Origin: Utricularia gibba
Lineage: Eukaryota > Plantae > Magnoliophyta
DNA: 64,000 nt
Direction: 5' to 3'
NCBI GenBank assembly: GCA_002189035.1
Contig: NEEC01000002.1
Span: 2,790,001 to 2,854,000, forward strand
Positions 63,261-64,000 of this stretch are shown here, one piece after another. The position numbers were made by a program, and so were the translations under genes. The notes beneath the pieces were generated by a model that saw nothing but the letters and a program-made list of their open reading frames with translations, was not told the DNA's origin and made no database searches. Every line of letters begins with the position of its first letter. The stretch's first letter is position 1.

Positions 63261-64000
63261 GTATACTTTGCTTTGTCGCAAGTTCACGTCCGTACATATG
63301 ATATGCTCCAATATGGATGTTTGTCAATAATCTGGGGTTCGCTTGTGTTATAATTTGCTTCTTCTGCATGCAGTTTCTTTGGTTTATTACATTAGCGCAT
63401 GAAGCAAATCGATTATGCTGCGGAATCGTTGTTCTTGATTATTATTTAGCATACAATCCATCATTTCTTTGCATTTCGTAGCAAGTTATTGAATTGTTGT
63501 TGCGTAGATACAGATACTTTAAGCAAGATGATAGTTTTCCAGATACTTTAAGCAAGATGATATCCTAGGCTACTGCTAAGCCAACGACCGCTTCTTTAAT
63601 AGGATTTCCCCTTGTCACCAATCATGGAAGGCACCCGTTGTAATCGCACATGAATAATGCAATAAAAATAAAATGAGAATCAGTCGGCTGGTAGCCACTG
63701 TTATTTGTCAGCATGAGAAAAGAATGAATTTGGGGTTTCATCCCCATGGAACTTGCGCTTGACTGATGATAAAAACCAGCCACCAAATACTTGTTGACAA
63801 TACCCGGAATTCCCGGGGGGCGGGGAGGGGGGTGGTGTTATTGATGATGATGTGCTGTGATTATTAATTGTTTGTAGTAATCGGTGTGTTGAAGGAACCT
63901 GTGGTCAATATGTACAGAAATGTTAGTTTGTGAGATCCACCATTGTGCAAGTGCTGTTCATCACTTTCATTCCACGACCACTCTCACCATCTTTGGCTTT

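Noticed and set aside
1-64000. CRISPR arrays, rRNA, tRNA genes, organellar insertions
   Set aside because: None seen. The tRNA-like matches are only retrotransposon primer-binding sites.

Overview
AT-rich plant (eudicot-like) nuclear DNA; the species cannot be determined from this window. It holds about 12 genes: an amino acid permease (AAP), NPF7.3/NRT1.5-like, a plastid class I PRPP synthetase, a SUPERMAN-type C2H2/EAR zinc finger, IKU1 (VQ), an uncharacterised basic-region protein, MYC2, bHLH71-like, a SYP2 syntaxin, a PMT17/18-like methyltransferase, a MYBPA1-like R2R3-MYB and exon 1 of an FLC-like MADS gene. The most unusual region is 2.9-11.9 kb. There a PIF/Harbinger element (TIRs, TTA target duplication) sits inside an old Copia RT. 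It has its own Myb/SANT gene, itself interrupted by a full-length Copia. Where a transposase would be expected it carries a decayed FCP1/NIF-type HAD phosphatase-like gene. Two separate Copia insertions (3720-9150 and 36094-40042) have primer-binding sites whose consensus matches tRNA-Trp rather than the usual tRNA-iMet. Three otherwise intact genes carry four apparent 1-bp deletions, which may be assembly errors. All exon calls and alignments were made by eye; no searches were run, and family assignments rest on recalled motifs.
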